64,000 nt of DNA from Bacteroidota bacterium (GCA_036787895.1 DAIQOK010000014.1:5415-69414), one strand, 5' to 3'. Numbered from the stretch's first letter, positions 29,668 to 39,706 are shown. Numbers and translations are program-made. The notes: generated from the sequence alone by a model not told the origin.

Positions 29668-30261
29668 ATGTCGAAGGCTGAACAAACCCGCGCATTCATC
29701 ATCGCCCGAACTGCACCGATTTTTAATCGTAAGGGCGTGGCAGGCACATCGCTGAACGATCTGACTGCAGCTACCGGCTTGACCAAAGGTGCCATTTATG
29801 GGAATTTTGAGAACAAAGACGAAGTGGCCGTAGCCGCTTTCGAGTACAATGTTCAGCAGGTTCTGGCTGAAATACGCATCTGGCAATCGAAGGAAACGAC
29901 CTACAAAGGTAAATTCCAAGCATTGATCCGATTTTACCGGCAAATGTTACGTCAAGATTTTTCTTTTTATGGTTGCCCCATCGCTAACACCCTTACCGAG
30001 GCCGACGACACCCATTCACTTTTAAATGCTGCCGTTAAAAAATCGGTACTATTCTGGCAACAAAGCGGCGAACGCCTCGTTCAAAAGGGTAAAGAAGCCG
30101 GGGAATTCAAACCCGAAGCGCATGCTGAACAAATCGTAAGCACGCTTTTTGTACTGATAGAAGGAGGTTTGTTACTCAGTAAGGGCACCGGCAATCCCCA
30201 TTACCTTGAAAACGCTCTTCATTCCTGCGAGCACCTGCTCGAAACCCAATTGTATCGCTAA
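29668..30261 (+). CDS. TetR/AcrR family transcriptional regulator
   Basis: N-terminal HTH GVAGTSLNDLTAATGLTKGAIYGNFENKDE is the TetR_N signature. Confidence 0.85.
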   Translation: MSKAEQTRAFIIARTAPIFNRKGVAGTSLNDLTAATGLTKGAIYGNFENKDEVAVAAFEYNVQQVLAEIRIWQSKETTYKGKFQALIRFYRQMLRQDFSFYGCPIANTLTEADDTHSLLNAAVKKSVLFWQQSGERLVQKGKEAGEFKPEAHAEQIVSTLFVLIEGGLLLSKGTGNPHYLENALHSCEHLLETQLYR

Positions 30262-30296
30262 AAAAATTTCACTCATTAAATACCAAACGGTATATT

Positions 30297-31142
30297 ATGT
30301 TCAAACTCTGGCTTTTTTACCAACGTTGCTATTTTGCACTCTTTTTCCGGCTATCACCAAGCCGTTCGGCAGCTGCCTTATTTCGTTTTTTCACCTCTCC
30401 CCGCCCGCAAAAACTTCGGGAAAGGGAAATTGCAGCCTTAGCACAAAGCAGCGAACAAACTTTCGACTTTAATGGTACAGCTATCCAACTCTACCGCTGG
30501 GGCAAAGGCCACAAAACTGCCCTTTTGGTACATGGCTGGGAAGGACATGCGGGTAGTATGGGTGGAATTGCACTTGAGCTAGAAAAAGCAGGCTTTACTG
30601 TTTGGGCTTTTGATGCACCTGCCCATGGTAAAAGCGGCGCTAAAACCACCAACCTTTTCCAATTTTCAGCCCTCATTGCCCGACTTTGCCAGGAATTTCA
30701 CATTAAAGACCTGGTAGTTTCTCATTCCTTTGGCAGCGGGGCCTCGGTATTTGCTTTTCACCAACACCCGGATTTGAGTCCCCGGCAACTGACCATGATT
30801 ACCAGTCCGAACCGCTATGCCGATGCCTTTACCGAATTCGGAATTATGATCGGTCTCACCCAAAAACAGCTCGACTATATGTTTAGCCTCATCAAAACTC
30901 GCTTTGGCTACTCACCTGATGAGCTGGTTGTAGCCCAATGGATAAACGATTTGCCCATCGACCACATTCAGCTTCTGCATGCTCCGGAAGACAAAATCAT
31001 TACTTTCGACCGGGCCGAAAAAATAGCCGCAGCTTCGGATAAAGTACATCTTCACCCCATGCCAGGTGCAGGGCACTACCGGATACTCTGGCAAGCGGAA
31101 ACAGTGTCGACCCTGCTTCATGTAAATGAGGAGCTGGTTTAA
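30297..31142 (+). CDS. alpha/beta-fold hydrolase
   Basis: LLVHGWEGH oxyanion region. Nucleophile elbow SHSFG. Catalytic His near the C-terminus (GAGHYR). Confidence 0.7.
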   Translation: MFKLWLFYQRCYFALFFRLSPSRSAAALFRFFTSPRPQKLREREIAALAQSSEQTFDFNGTAIQLYRWGKGHKTALLVHGWEGHAGSMGGIALELEKAGFTVWAFDAPAHGKSGAKTTNLFQFSALIARLCQEFHIKDLVVSHSFGSGASVFAFHQHPDLSPRQLTMITSPNRYADAFTEFGIMIGLTQKQLDYMFSLIKTRFGYSPDELVVAQWINDLPIDHIQLLHAPEDKIITFDRAEKIAAASDKVHLHPMPGAGHYRILWQAETVSTLLHVNEELV

Positions 31143-31398
31143 ATCAACTTTCTTCAAGGAATGACCTCTAAATAATGTACTAATGCGACGCGGCGCTTCG
31201 CTTGCCTTGGTGATGTGCTAATGTGCTAATGACAGGCTGCTAAATGGTAGTGACCCTGTCTATAGGTTAACCAAATTGCTAAATTTCGCTTCCCTCAACA
31301 TAGCTCTAGTCCATTATCACCAGCGCGGATATTCATTAGCACATTAAAAGCGAGCCCTACGAACCGCCACATCAGCATATAAAAAAATATCTTAACCA

Positions 31399-31433
31399 AA
31401 AAGGGCTATCTGAATAACCAGACAGCCCTTTTT
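31399..31433. terminator. bidirectional Rho-independent terminator between the hydrolase and sucD
   Basis: aaaagggctatctg-aataac-cagacagcccttttt: a 13-bp stem with one mismatch, flanked by A-run and T-run. Lies between convergent genes. Confidence 0.55.
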
Positions 31434-31452
31434 ATCCAAGAGAGATTTAAAC

Positions 31453-32328
31453 TTATTTTTTCAAAGCAGCAGCCATGGTTCGTCCGATATCAGCTGGCGA
31501 GGCAACCACATGTATGCCACATTCGCCCATGATTTTCATTTTAGCGGCAGCGGTATCATCGGCACCGCCTACGATGGCACCGGCATGGCCCATGCGTCGA
31601 CCTGCCGGGGCGGTTTGGCCTGCGATAAAGCCAACGACTGGCTTTTTGTTGCCGGTAGATTTGATATAACGCGCAGCTTCGGCTTCCATGCCACCGCCAA
31701 TTTCTCCAATCATCACGATAGCGTCGGTGTCGGGGTCGTTCATGAAAAGCTCCACGGCTTCTTTGGTTGATGTACCAATGATAGGATCGCCACCGATACC
31801 GATGGCTGTAGAAATGCCCAATCCTGCTTTGACGATTTGGTCGGCTGCTTCGTAAGTGAGTGTACCCGACTTAGAAACGATGCCAATTCGGCCTGATTTA
31901 AACACAAAACCCGGCATAATACCAACTTTCGCGCCTTCGGGGGTAATAACACCAGGACAGTTAGGGCCAATGAGGCGAACTTCTTTGTTTTTGAGGTATT
32001 CTTTGGCTTGTATCATGTCCTTGGTAGGTATACCTTCGGTGATACACACAATAACCGCAATGCCGGCATCGGCAGCTTCCATAATGGCGTCGGCGGCAAA
32101 AGCGGGTGGCACAAAAATGATGGAAACATTGGCACCGGTGCTGCTCACGGCATCGGCAACGGTATTGAATACCGGTTTGTCGAGATGCAGGCTGCCGCCT
32201 TTACCGGGCGTAACCCCACCTACGAGGTTGGTACCATATTCAATCATTTGTGTGGCGTGGAAGGTTCCTTCGTTACCGGTGAAGCCCTGCACAATTACGC
32301 GCGAATTTTTGTCGACAAGTACGCTCAT
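31453..32328 (-). CDS. sucD: succinate--CoA ligase subunit alpha
   Basis: [24 protein letters not shown] is the canonical SucD start. CoA-binding fold throughout. Start trimmed from the 331-aa ORF to this internal Met. Confidence 0.9.
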   Translation of the reverse strand: MSVLVDKNSRVIVQGFTGNEGTFHATQMIEYGTNLVGGVTPGKGGSLHLDKPVFNTVADAVSSTGANVSIIFVPPAFAADAIMEAADAGIAVIVCITEGIPTKDMIQAKEYLKNKEVRLIGPNCPGVITPEGAKVGIMPGFVFKSGRIGIVSKSGTLTYEAADQIVKAGLGISTAIGIGGDPIIGTSTKEAVELFMNDPDTDAIVMIGEIGGGMEAEAARYIKSTGNKKPVVGFIAGQTAPAGRRMGHAGAIVGGADDTAAAKMKIMGECGIHVVASPADIGRTMAAALKK

Positions 32329-32395
32329 ATGAACTAAGATTGGCTTGTTTAGAAAGCGGCCGCAAGATACAGTCTTTATGGCATTTTTCCGACCC

Positions 32396-33160
32396 TTACA
32401 CGCCCTTATTCCGCCGGTTTTTGAAGTCTTGAAGAAAAGTAGTAGCAAAAACGAAGTCGTTCAACTCCTGAGAGTCGGTACTGAGTATGCTTCCTTTGTC
32501 GCCTTCCCACGCTTTATGTCCTTTGTGAATGTAAATAATCTGATCGCCAATCTCCATCACCGAGTTCATATCATGGGAATTGATAATCGTGGTGATATTG
32601 AATTCCAGGGTAATTTCCTTGATGAGTTCATCGATGAGGATAGAAGTCAGGGGGTCAAGTCCTGAATTAGGTTCGTCGCAGAACAGGTATTTGGGATTAA
32701 GTACGATGGCTCTGGCTATGCCCACCCTTTTTTTCATGCCCCCACTGATTTCTGCAGGATATCGGTTGTTGGTTCCCTTTAGACCTACCCTTTCCAGACA
32801 AAAGTTCACCCGATCCAGGTTTTCAGCCGGGGTATTGGAGGAAAACATTTGTAAAGGAAAGATAACGTTTTGTTCTACCGTAAGAGAATCAAACAAGGCT
32901 GAATTTTGAAACAACATTCCAATAGCACGACGTACTTCGGTGCGCTCAGGGCGGGAAAGCGCCACATAATCTTTACCATCGTAAATGATGTTGCCGCTGT
33001 CGGCTTCAAACAAACCCACCATCAACTTCATTAAAACAGATTTGCCGCTACCCGAAGCGCCAATGATCATATTCACCTTGCCGGGATAAAAACTGGCAGA
33101 AATGTCGTTAAGCACCGCTTTTTCACCAAAAGCCTTAGAAATATGCTGGAGTTGAATCAT
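32396..33160 (-). CDS. ABC transporter ATP-binding protein, MlaF-like
   Basis: Walker A GASGSGKS. Signature LSGGMKKRV. Walker B LFCDEP. Confidence 0.8.
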   Translation of the reverse strand: MIQLQHISKAFGEKAVLNDISASFYPGKVNMIIGASGSGKSVLMKLMVGLFEADSGNIIYDGKDYVALSRPERTEVRRAIGMLFQNSALFDSLTVEQNVIFPLQMFSSNTPAENLDRVNFCLERVGLKGTNNRYPAEISGGMKKRVGIARAIVLNPKYLFCDEPNSGLDPLTSILIDELIKEITLEFNITTIINSHDMNSVMEIGDQIIYIHKGHKAWEGDKGSILSTDSQELNDFVFATTFLQDFKNRRNKGV

Positions 33161-33912
33161 CAGAGCAACAATTGAGCAAGCAGGTAATCCGACAACAGGA
33201 TGAGAATGCAGCTAAAAACCACGGCACGTGTGCTACTTTGGCCTACTTCCAAGGAACCGCCATTGGTGTAATAACCCTGATAAGCTGAAACTGAGGAGAT
33301 GATAAAGGCGAAGGTGAAAGCTTTGGTCATGGAGAAAAATACATTGTAGCCCCTGAAAGACGATCGTGCGCCTTCTATAAATTGCTGAGACGAAAGTATC
33401 CCCGTGGCTTCTCCGACAAAAATGCCACCTCCAATACAAAGGCTTATCGACAGTATGATCAACATGGGAATGGTAAGTACGGCACCTAAAATTTTTGGTG
33501 CAATGATGTAGCCCGGTGCATTTACACCCATTATCTCCAAGGCATCTATTTGCTCGGTAACCCGCATGGTGCCGATTTCAGAAGCGATACTCGATCCTAT
33601 TTTACCGGCCAAAACGAGAGAGGTTATGGTTGGTGCCAATTCCAATATACTCGAGTCGGCCACTATGGCCCCAATTACTGTTTTCGCTACCAAACCAGAA
33701 ATAAGCTGATAAGCCGTTTGAACTGTAGTTACCGCGCCCATAAATACCGAAATAATGGTAACTATGCCTAACGAACCTACACCTATGGTTACCATCTGCC
33801 TAAACAGCTCGTCCCAGTACATGCGTACATTCTCCGGGCGACGGAACATCTGCCTGAGCAGCAACAGATAACGACCAAAATGGTAAAAAAACCTCATTTC
33901 ATTTTCGAACAA
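33160..33912 (-). CDS. ABC transporter permease, MlaE-like
   Basis: Polytopic membrane protein of MlaE size. Its stop overlaps the ATPase start. Confidence 0.75.
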   Translation of the reverse strand: MFENEMRFFYHFGRYLLLLRQMFRRPENVRMYWDELFRQMVTIGVGSLGIVTIISVFMGAVTTVQTAYQLISGLVAKTVIGAIVADSSILELAPTITSLVLAGKIGSSIASEIGTMRVTEQIDALEIMGVNAPGYIIAPKILGAVLTIPMLIILSISLCIGGGIFVGEATGILSSQQFIEGARSSFRGYNVFFSMTKAFTFAFIISSVSAYQGYYTNGGSLEVGQSSTRAVVFSCILILLSDYLLAQLLL

Positions 33913-33938
33913 GCCAAAAATACACTTTTTTTACCCGC

Positions 33939-34670
33939 ATGAGCGTTACCCTTCCCTTTCAACAGAAAACAGTTGTAGTAACCGGCGCCACCAAAGGCAT
34001 CGGTCGGGCTATAGTCGAAAAATATGCTTCCACCGGTGCCAATATCGTTTTTTGCGCCCGCTCTCAAGCCGATGTTAGCTCCTTTGAACATGATTTGAAA
34101 AAACTTTATCCTAAGCAACAATTTTCCGGCAAGGTGGTAGATATGGGTGTGAAAGCCGAAGTCCTGGCTTTTGCCGATCACATACTGCAGTTCAGCGGTC
34201 AGGTAGATGTGCTTATAAATAATGCAGGTCGCTTTGAACCAGGTTTTATCCATACCGAGGCTGATGGTGTGCTCGAAAAACTCACCGAAACCAATGTGTA
34301 CAGCGCCTATCACCTCAGCCGAGCTTTGCTTCCTGGCATGATGTTGCGCAAAAGTGGTCACATCTTCAACATCTGTTCCACTGCCAGCATCACCGCCTAT
34401 ACCAATGGTGGGTCCTACTGCATTACTAAATTCGCCTTGCTCGGCATGACCAAAGTTTTACGCGAAGAGCTAAAACCTTACGCCATCAAAGTCACCGCCG
34501 TATTGCCTGGCGCAACCTATACCCACAGCTGGTCGGCCAGCGATTTACCCGAAAGTCGTTTTATGCAGGCTGCCGATGTGGCCGATACCATATATTCAGC
34601 TTCTACCCTCAGTCCGTCGGCGGTTATTGAGGAGATATTGATGCGACCTATGGCGGGGGATATTGAGTAA
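33939..34670 (+). CDS. SDR family NAD(P)-dependent oxidoreductase
   Basis: TGATKGIGRAI Rossmann motif. NNAG. Catalytic YxxxK (YCITK). Confidence 0.8.
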   Translation: MSVTLPFQQKTVVVTGATKGIGRAIVEKYASTGANIVFCARSQADVSSFEHDLKKLYPKQQFSGKVVDMGVKAEVLAFADHILQFSGQVDVLINNAGRFEPGFIHTEADGVLEKLTETNVYSAYHLSRALLPGMMLRKSGHIFNICSTASITAYTNGGSYCITKFALLGMTKVLREELKPYAIKVTAVLPGATYTHSWSASDLPESRFMQAADVADTIYSASTLSPSAVIEEILMRPMAGDIE

Positions 34671-34967
34671 TATGGGGTTATAGATTTGAAAGCTTTGCTT
34701 TTTTAATTGGATAATTTGACTAGTGAGCTTTATAAATGGCAGGTCTGAATGAATTCAAAAAGGAAGAATAATATCCTATATAAACATCAAACTGTCTAAA
34801 AACACATGAAGTCTGAAAATAATGTTTGAATTCTTCCTATTTGAGTGCTTTTATTTTGCAAATGAAGGTTTTAAGGCAAACTGACGTTAGGGCAATGGCC
34901 TTTTGAACTCCACATTAATCCTAATACCTTTACAACCATGAATCTTATATAGTTAAACATTGAGAAG

Positions 34968-35237
34968 ATGCGTCACCTTTGCCTCAAGCACAAGGTTAAC
35001 AAGCTTTTTGTATTTGGCTCGGTTCTTAAAGATTCATTTACAAATGAAAGCGATATTGATTTAATAGTCGATTTTGAAAACATAGACTTAAATGAGTATG
35101 CTGACAATTACTTTGATCTAAAAGATCAATTAGAGTCTATTTTCAACCGTCCAGTTGATTTACTTGAAGAGAAAGGTATTCGAAATCCATTTCTGAGAAA
35201 GCAAATTGATTTTGAAAAGCAACTTGTTTATGGATAA
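34968..35237 (+). CDS. nucleotidyltransferase-domain antitoxin (MntA-like)
   Basis: LFVFGSVLKDSFTNESDIDLIVDF is the GS...D.D minimal nucleotidyltransferase motif. Lies in an AT-rich islet. Confidence 0.65.
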   Translation: MRHLCLKHKVNKLFVFGSVLKDSFTNESDIDLIVDFENIDLNEYADNYFDLKDQLESIFNRPVDLLEEKGIRNPFLRKQIDFEKQLVYG

Positions 35238-35564
35238 AAAAATCAATACTTGGCTTTTTGACTTTCTAAATTCCATTGAAGAAATTGAATCTTTCTTTGA
35301 AAATAAACCATTGAATTTTTTAGAGTTTCAGAAGGATATTAAAACGAAAAGAGCTGTTGAACGAAATATTGAAATAATTGGTGAAGCTATTAACCGAATT
35401 CTTAAAGAAAGCCTGATTTTAAAATTGAGAATTCCAGAAATATAGTTGGAACTAGAAATCGAATTATTCACAGTTATGATAACATTGCAGATGACATGAT
35501 TTGGTCAATAGTAATAAATAGTTTGCCAAAACTGAAATCTGAAATTCTCCTCTTATTGAAATAG
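35206..35564 (+). pseudogene. HepT/DUF86-like toxin, frameshifted
   Basis: Frame 1 encodes ..RNIEIIGEAINRILKE..LRIPEI then stops at 35445. The conserved continuation VGTRNRIIHSYDNIADDMIWSIVINSLPKLKSEI is in the +2 frame up to 35564. A 1-nt indel near 35440 explains the split. Confidence 0.55.
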
Positions 35565-35626
35565 GTTATAGTGCCCAAGACGGGCTTATCGCAATGGGGC
35601 TTTTCTACAGATAGCCAATTAAATAT

Positions 35627-36073
35627 CTACTTTATCGCAATCTGTTTCTTCAACAATTTCCAACTCCCGTCTTCAAAATAGTATTCAAACTTACAGCTCA
35701 CAAGGGTGGAGATAAGATTAAATTCGAAGACAGCACTCCCCTCTTTAAAATCGGCACGTTTAAACTCCAGATAACCCTGGATATTACGGAAAAATAATTC
35801 CTCAGCAGTAAGAACTAAGACCGGGTAGCCGAATTTTGTGAGCTTCGGAAAGTTGGCAGGAATACCATTGTTTCGAATTACTAAAGCACTGTCATACTTC
35901 AGTTCGGGTTTGTTAAGATAAGGTTGCAGGGCTTCTTCATCCAATAATTGTTGAAGGAGTTGTTGATTGACCTTAGTAATTTGGGCTACTCCTTTGTCAA
36001 CTATGGCAAACGAACCTAGCACAAAACAGATAATTCCTATAAGTCTGTTGCCTGACATAAATTGAGTATTCAT
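35627..36073 (-). CDS. hypothetical exported protein
   Basis: N-terminal hydrophobic segment. No recognisable domain. Confidence 0.3.
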   Translation of the reverse strand: MNTQFMSGNRLIGIICFVLGSFAIVDKGVAQITKVNQQLLQQLLDEEALQPYLNKPELKYDSALVIRNNGIPANFPKLTKFGYPVLVLTAEELFFRNIQGYLEFKRADFKEGSAVFEFNLISTLVSCKFEYYFEDGSWKLLKKQIAIK

Positions 36074-37023
36074 TACCGCTCCAACACCCTATCCCGCTCA
36101 AAAGTACCCATATAGCGGTGCTGCTTCTCGGGATGAATATCGGCTATGGTGACCATAATACCGGTTTCTTCTACCTCACCAAACTCATCGTTTAAAGCCG
36201 TTCCGAAGGTTTTCATGGTCGGCGATAGGTTCATATAAGTGCTAATGAGTGGCGGAATATTCTCTCCACGGGCTCTTACGCGGGTATTCAGTTCCTTAAA
36301 GCCGTCTTTGTAATCGAGTGGGCCGAAAACTTCTGCCAAACCACTCACATCGCCAAAGTAGGTCAGTGCGAGCTCAGGATGCGGCCGAACCAATTCCTCT
36401 TTGTCCGGAAAATAATGGTTCATAAAATAAAGTATCATATCGCGCGCTTCCTTATCGAAGTGCGGATACATGGTCACTTTGCCAAAAAGGTATTTGATAT
36501 GCGGACGCATCACGACTATGGCACCTAAGCCATCCCAAAGATTATCCAATGAAAATAGCCCTTTGCTGCTGTTGGCGCTGGGTTGGTATTCGGGCTGCAC
36601 AAATGAGCGGCCCAACTCTATGGTTACTGGAAGATAATCGTCGAAAAACTTCTTGCCGAATCGGAAAAGATGAGCGGTAGAAAGATTGATATGGCCTGCG
36701 GCATCAATGCTGGCATGACTACATTCAATCACCCGGTAGCCGGCCACAATTTCCAGGGCTTCAGGATCCCAGACGATAAGTTGATCGTAGCAGTCTTCAC
36801 AGGTATCGTTTTCATCGATATCTACCGACATGCCTGTACCGCCACCTGCCGCCCGAAAGGTGATTTCACGCAAACGGCCAATTTCCTGCATAGTATGAGG
36901 TGCATTGTGGTGATTTACCAGATACACCAGCTTATTGCCTTTGTTGGTATGCCGCAAAAAACGTTCGGGTGTCAATTCCCGGAGCAACAACTCCTTCGCA
37001 ATAGGAGCAATAATGGCTTGCAT
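36073..37023 (-). CDS. OlsB/GlsB-like N-acyltransferase (hemolysin-like GNAT; amino-acid lipid synthesis)
   Basis: About 316 aa with an acyl-CoA/ACP N-acyltransferase fold. Conserved pairing with a downstream lysophospholipid acyltransferase, as in ornithine- and glycine-lipid loci. Confidence 0.55.
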   Translation of the reverse strand: MQAIIAPIAKELLLRELTPERFLRHTNKGNKLVYLVNHHNAPHTMQEIGRLREITFRAAGGGTGMSVDIDENDTCEDCYDQLIVWDPEALEIVAGYRVIECSHASIDAAGHINLSTAHLFRFGKKFFDDYLPVTIELGRSFVQPEYQPSANSSKGLFSLDNLWDGLGAIVVMRPHIKYLFGKVTMYPHFDKEARDMILYFMNHYFPDKEELVRPHPELALTYFGDVSGLAEVFGPLDYKDGFKELNTRVRARGENIPPLISTYMNLSPTMKTFGTALNDEFGEVEETGIMVTIADIHPEKQHRYMGTFERDRVLER

Positions 37024-37032
37024 AAAAATAAT

Positions 37033-37851
37033 TTAAGGCGCTAGTTTGTAGACCAGGCTTTTCACATAAGAGGCCCAGTCTTTATCGGTTTTCGACTTGT
37101 CAAAATAGCTATAAGGAATGGGCTTACCCACGTGTATTACAATTTTTTTTCCCTTTTGGGCGAACATTTCATCGGCCAGGTAAAACATCTCCAGGTTGGC
37201 CTTCACACCCAGCCATTTCCGCAAACGCGCCAGATTGTAGAAGAAAGCAGAGTTACGGCCTTCGATATAAACCGGGATAACATCTTTCTTATAGCGGCGT
37301 GCCTGACTGATAAAGGTCTTTTTCCATTCCAGATCCGCAATTCCTTCCCTTTGTTTACGTGACACCAAACCTGCCGGAAAAACCATCAAAGCCTCCTCAC
37401 TTTGTAAGGTTTCGTCGAGGGCTTGAACAGCTCCCCTGCCCTGGCTGCCGTGTTTATTAACCGGTACAAATAGCGGCTCCAGGTTTTTGATATTGGTGAG
37501 AATGTCGTTTACCAGAAACTTCATGTCGCTCCGATAAGCGCCTAATTTATGCATTAAAGCTATGGCATCGAGTCCACCCAGTGGGTGATTGGCCGCGTAA
37601 ATCACGCCGCCTTTACTTCGGATGTTTTCCGTGCCCCGGAACTCCACCTCCACCCCGAAAACTTCGATAATCTTATGTACAAAAGGTAAACCTTCTTCGT
37701 GGCCATGTTCGGCCATGAAAGCATTTATTTCATCTTCATGAAGGATACGTTTGATGTAACGCAACACAAAAAACGGCAGCCACCGCAATAAGCCCGGATT
37801 TTTCTGCCGGATAACTTCACGTATGTCGATATACTTACTTACTTGCTGCAT
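37033..37851 (-). CDS. lysophospholipid acyltransferase family protein (OlsA/GlsA-like O-acyltransferase)
   Basis: HPLGGLD block: the HX4D acyltransferase motif is present as H-x5-D (one residue longer than canonical). FPAG block. Confidence 0.55.
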   Translation of the reverse strand: MQQVSKYIDIREVIRQKNPGLLRWLPFFVLRYIKRILHEDEINAFMAEHGHEEGLPFVHKIIEVFGVEVEFRGTENIRSKGGVIYAANHPLGGLDAIALMHKLGAYRSDMKFLVNDILTNIKNLEPLFVPVNKHGSQGRGAVQALDETLQSEEALMVFPAGLVSRKQREGIADLEWKKTFISQARRYKKDVIPVYIEGRNSAFFYNLARLRKWLGVKANLEMFYLADEMFAQKGKKIVIHVGKPIPYSYFDKSKTDKDWASYVKSLVYKLAP

Positions 37852-37914
37852 GCCTCAAAAATAAAAATTTAGCCGAAATGGCTGAGGCCGAACTGATATC
37901 CGACGTTTGCCGCT

Positions 37915-38289
37915 TTACTTATCTCCCCGATAATCTACTCCCCCAAACGCATACAACATGATGGTGCGCGAATAGCGCATGGACCAGGGCGAAAGTAGGA
38001 TAGAAGCAGGAATAATGGTAAAAATATATACCCAGAGGTCTGGGTCGTTTAAGAGTACAAAATCAGCAACGCCTACAACCACCGATATAGCTACACTAAA
38101 TGCATAACTCACATACATTGCCCCCCAGAAAAAGCCCGGTTCCACTTCGTAATGCAGACCACATTCGTGGCAGTAGCTATGCATTTGAGTGGCCTTAAGC
38201 AGCTTGTAGGCCGGGTATTTGAACATATCTGACTTTCGGCACTGCGGACATTTACAGGCAACCATCGCCTGAAACTGAGAAATAGCCAT
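37915..38289 (-). CDS. DUF983-like zinc-ribbon membrane protein
   Basis: CPQC...CHEC zinc-ribbon followed by two TM helices. Last gene of the cox operon. Confidence 0.45.
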   Translation of the reverse strand: MAISQFQAMVACKCPQCRKSDMFKYPAYKLLKATQMHSYCHECGLHYEVEPGFFWGAMYVSYAFSVAISVVVGVADFVLLNDPDLWVYIFTIIPASILLSPWSMRYSRTIMLYAFGGVDYRGDK

Positions 38290-38531
38290 CAGCGTCGACG
38301 AATGCGATAAAGGTACATGCCGCCCACAGTGCCTACCATCACAAATGGCATGGCCAGCAGATACAAAATACCCTTATTGATGCCATTACCCACCCGGGTG
38401 TCGCCCTCGTCTTTGCGGTTGGCTTCAAGTGAGGTTTTGCACATGGGACACTGGGCTGATGCAGTAGGCAACAATGCGCCGCCTACTACCATAGTGAAGG
38501 CAAACGAAAGAACAATCAACAGCTTTTTCAT
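38289..38531 (-). CDS. small exported membrane protein with CPMC motif
   Basis: Signal peptide, QCPMCK, and a C-terminal TM helix. 80 aa. Confidence 0.35.
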   Translation of the reverse strand: MKKLLIVLSFAFTMVVGGALLPTASAQCPMCKTSLEANRKDEGDTRVGNGINKGILYLLAMPFVMVGTVGGMYLYRIRRR

Positions 38532-38532
38532 A

Positions 38533-39057
38533 TCAGAAACTGTAATAAGGCGAAATCATCAGATAAACCACCACACCTGTAAGGGTAACATAGAGCCAGA
38601 TGGGCATCGACCAGCGGGTGATACGTTTATGGGCTTCAATTTTTCCGGTGAGTCCACGGTAAAAACTCAGCAAAACCATGGGTAAAACAGCAGCGGCCAA
38701 AATAATGTGGCTAATCAGGATAAACAGATAAACAGGTCGTATCGGATTGTCGGCCGGAAAGCGGGTTTCAACCCCGTAAGCATGAAAAATGATGTAAGAA
38801 ACCAGGAAAATGCAGCTCAGGAAAAATGCCGACAAATTTAAGCGTTTGTGCCAGTTGATCTGTTTGCGTTTAATCATCACAAAGGAGGCGATTAATAAAA
38901 CAGAACAAAGTCCATTGATTACCGCATTCAACTTAGGTAGAAGTGGAATCCAGCTGGGTGGGTTTTCCACCCGGGGCAAATAGAACAAGATCACCACTGC
39001 AATCATTACAACGGCGCTAACCACATATATCGTCCGGAGTGCTATACTTTCTTTCAT
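38533..39057 (-). CDS. DUF420-like membrane protein (cox-operon associated)
   Basis: Four predicted TM helices, about 174 aa. The usual cox-cluster passenger family. Family assignment is from memory. Confidence 0.5.
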   Translation of the reverse strand: MKESIALRTIYVVSAVVMIAVVILFYLPRVENPPSWIPLLPKLNAVINGLCSVLLIASFVMIKRKQINWHKRLNLSAFFLSCIFLVSYIIFHAYGVETRFPADNPIRPVYLFILISHIILAAAVLPMVLLSFYRGLTGKIEAHKRITRWSMPIWLYVTLTGVVVYLMISPYYSF

Positions 39058-39071
39058 GATAATTGAACGCT

Positions 39072-39701
39072 TTAACGGCGTTTTGGTTCGGTGTTGGCGT
39101 ATTCTACAATTAATGTCCGAATATCTTCCATCAGTTTATCCGTTTCGGTGCGGATAACGGTGCGGTAGATACCTCGAACCCGGAGTTTGTGGTCGACCAA
39201 AAAACTAAGCTCCTCCAGTCGTGTTCCCTTTTTAAGCATTAACCACTCGGGTTCGTAAGTGAATATTTTGTCCTGCAGCAAGGCAGGCACCGGGCTATAC
39301 GCCCGCTCCAGTTCAATCTTACGGGGGTAAATGGTTTTAAACCGGGAAGCGCTGCTATCTTCCACCTCGCTCACATTCACCAACCAGATTAGCGGATTGT
39401 CTTTGAACACATCTTCCACCCGTGCCAGTTGTTTGTAACGTATGCGGTTGTTGATTACATCCTTATTCGGGAAAAAGCTGAGTACCATGACCTTGTTCTG
39501 TTGATTGGTCAGCAAACCTTCGAGCGGATGGAGCTGGTAATAAACCGTATCAACCTTGCCGCCTTTTACAAAGGAAAAAGCTTCCTTAGGTCCGAAGACA
39601 GGAAGCCTTTTGTAGTTGTTTTGTGCGAAAGTAACATAAAAGACGTAAGCCAGTGCGGGCAATGCCAGCAGCAGAAACAGCAGTCCGTATTGTTTTTTCA
39701 C
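39072..39701 (-). CDS. membrane-anchored protein in the SCO1/SenC position, cysteine-free
   Basis: N-terminal TM anchor plus a roughly 180-aa domain at the usual SCO locus. Contains no Cys at all, so the CxxxC copper site is absent. Confidence 0.3.
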   Translation of the reverse strand: MKKQYGLLFLLLALPALAYVFYVTFAQNNYKRLPVFGPKEAFSFVKGGKVDTVYYQLHPLEGLLTNQQNKVMVLSFFPNKDVINNRIRYKQLARVEDVFKDNPLIWLVNVSEVEDSSASRFKTIYPRKIELERAYSPVPALLQDKIFTYEPEWLMLKKGTRLEELSFLVDHKLRVRGIYRTVIRTETDKLMEDIRTLIVEYANTEPKRR

Positions 39702-39706
39702 TGTTT

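Noticed and set aside
31856-32337. Plus-strand ORFs of 158 and 109 aa inside sucD
   Set aside because: Antisense to sucD. Gly/Ala-rich translations typical of GC-rich reverse frames.
31453-32448. 331-aa extended form of the sucD ORF
   Set aside because: The first 40 residues have no SucD homology and overlap the upstream ABC ATPase gene. The conserved MSVLVDKN start lies at 32328.
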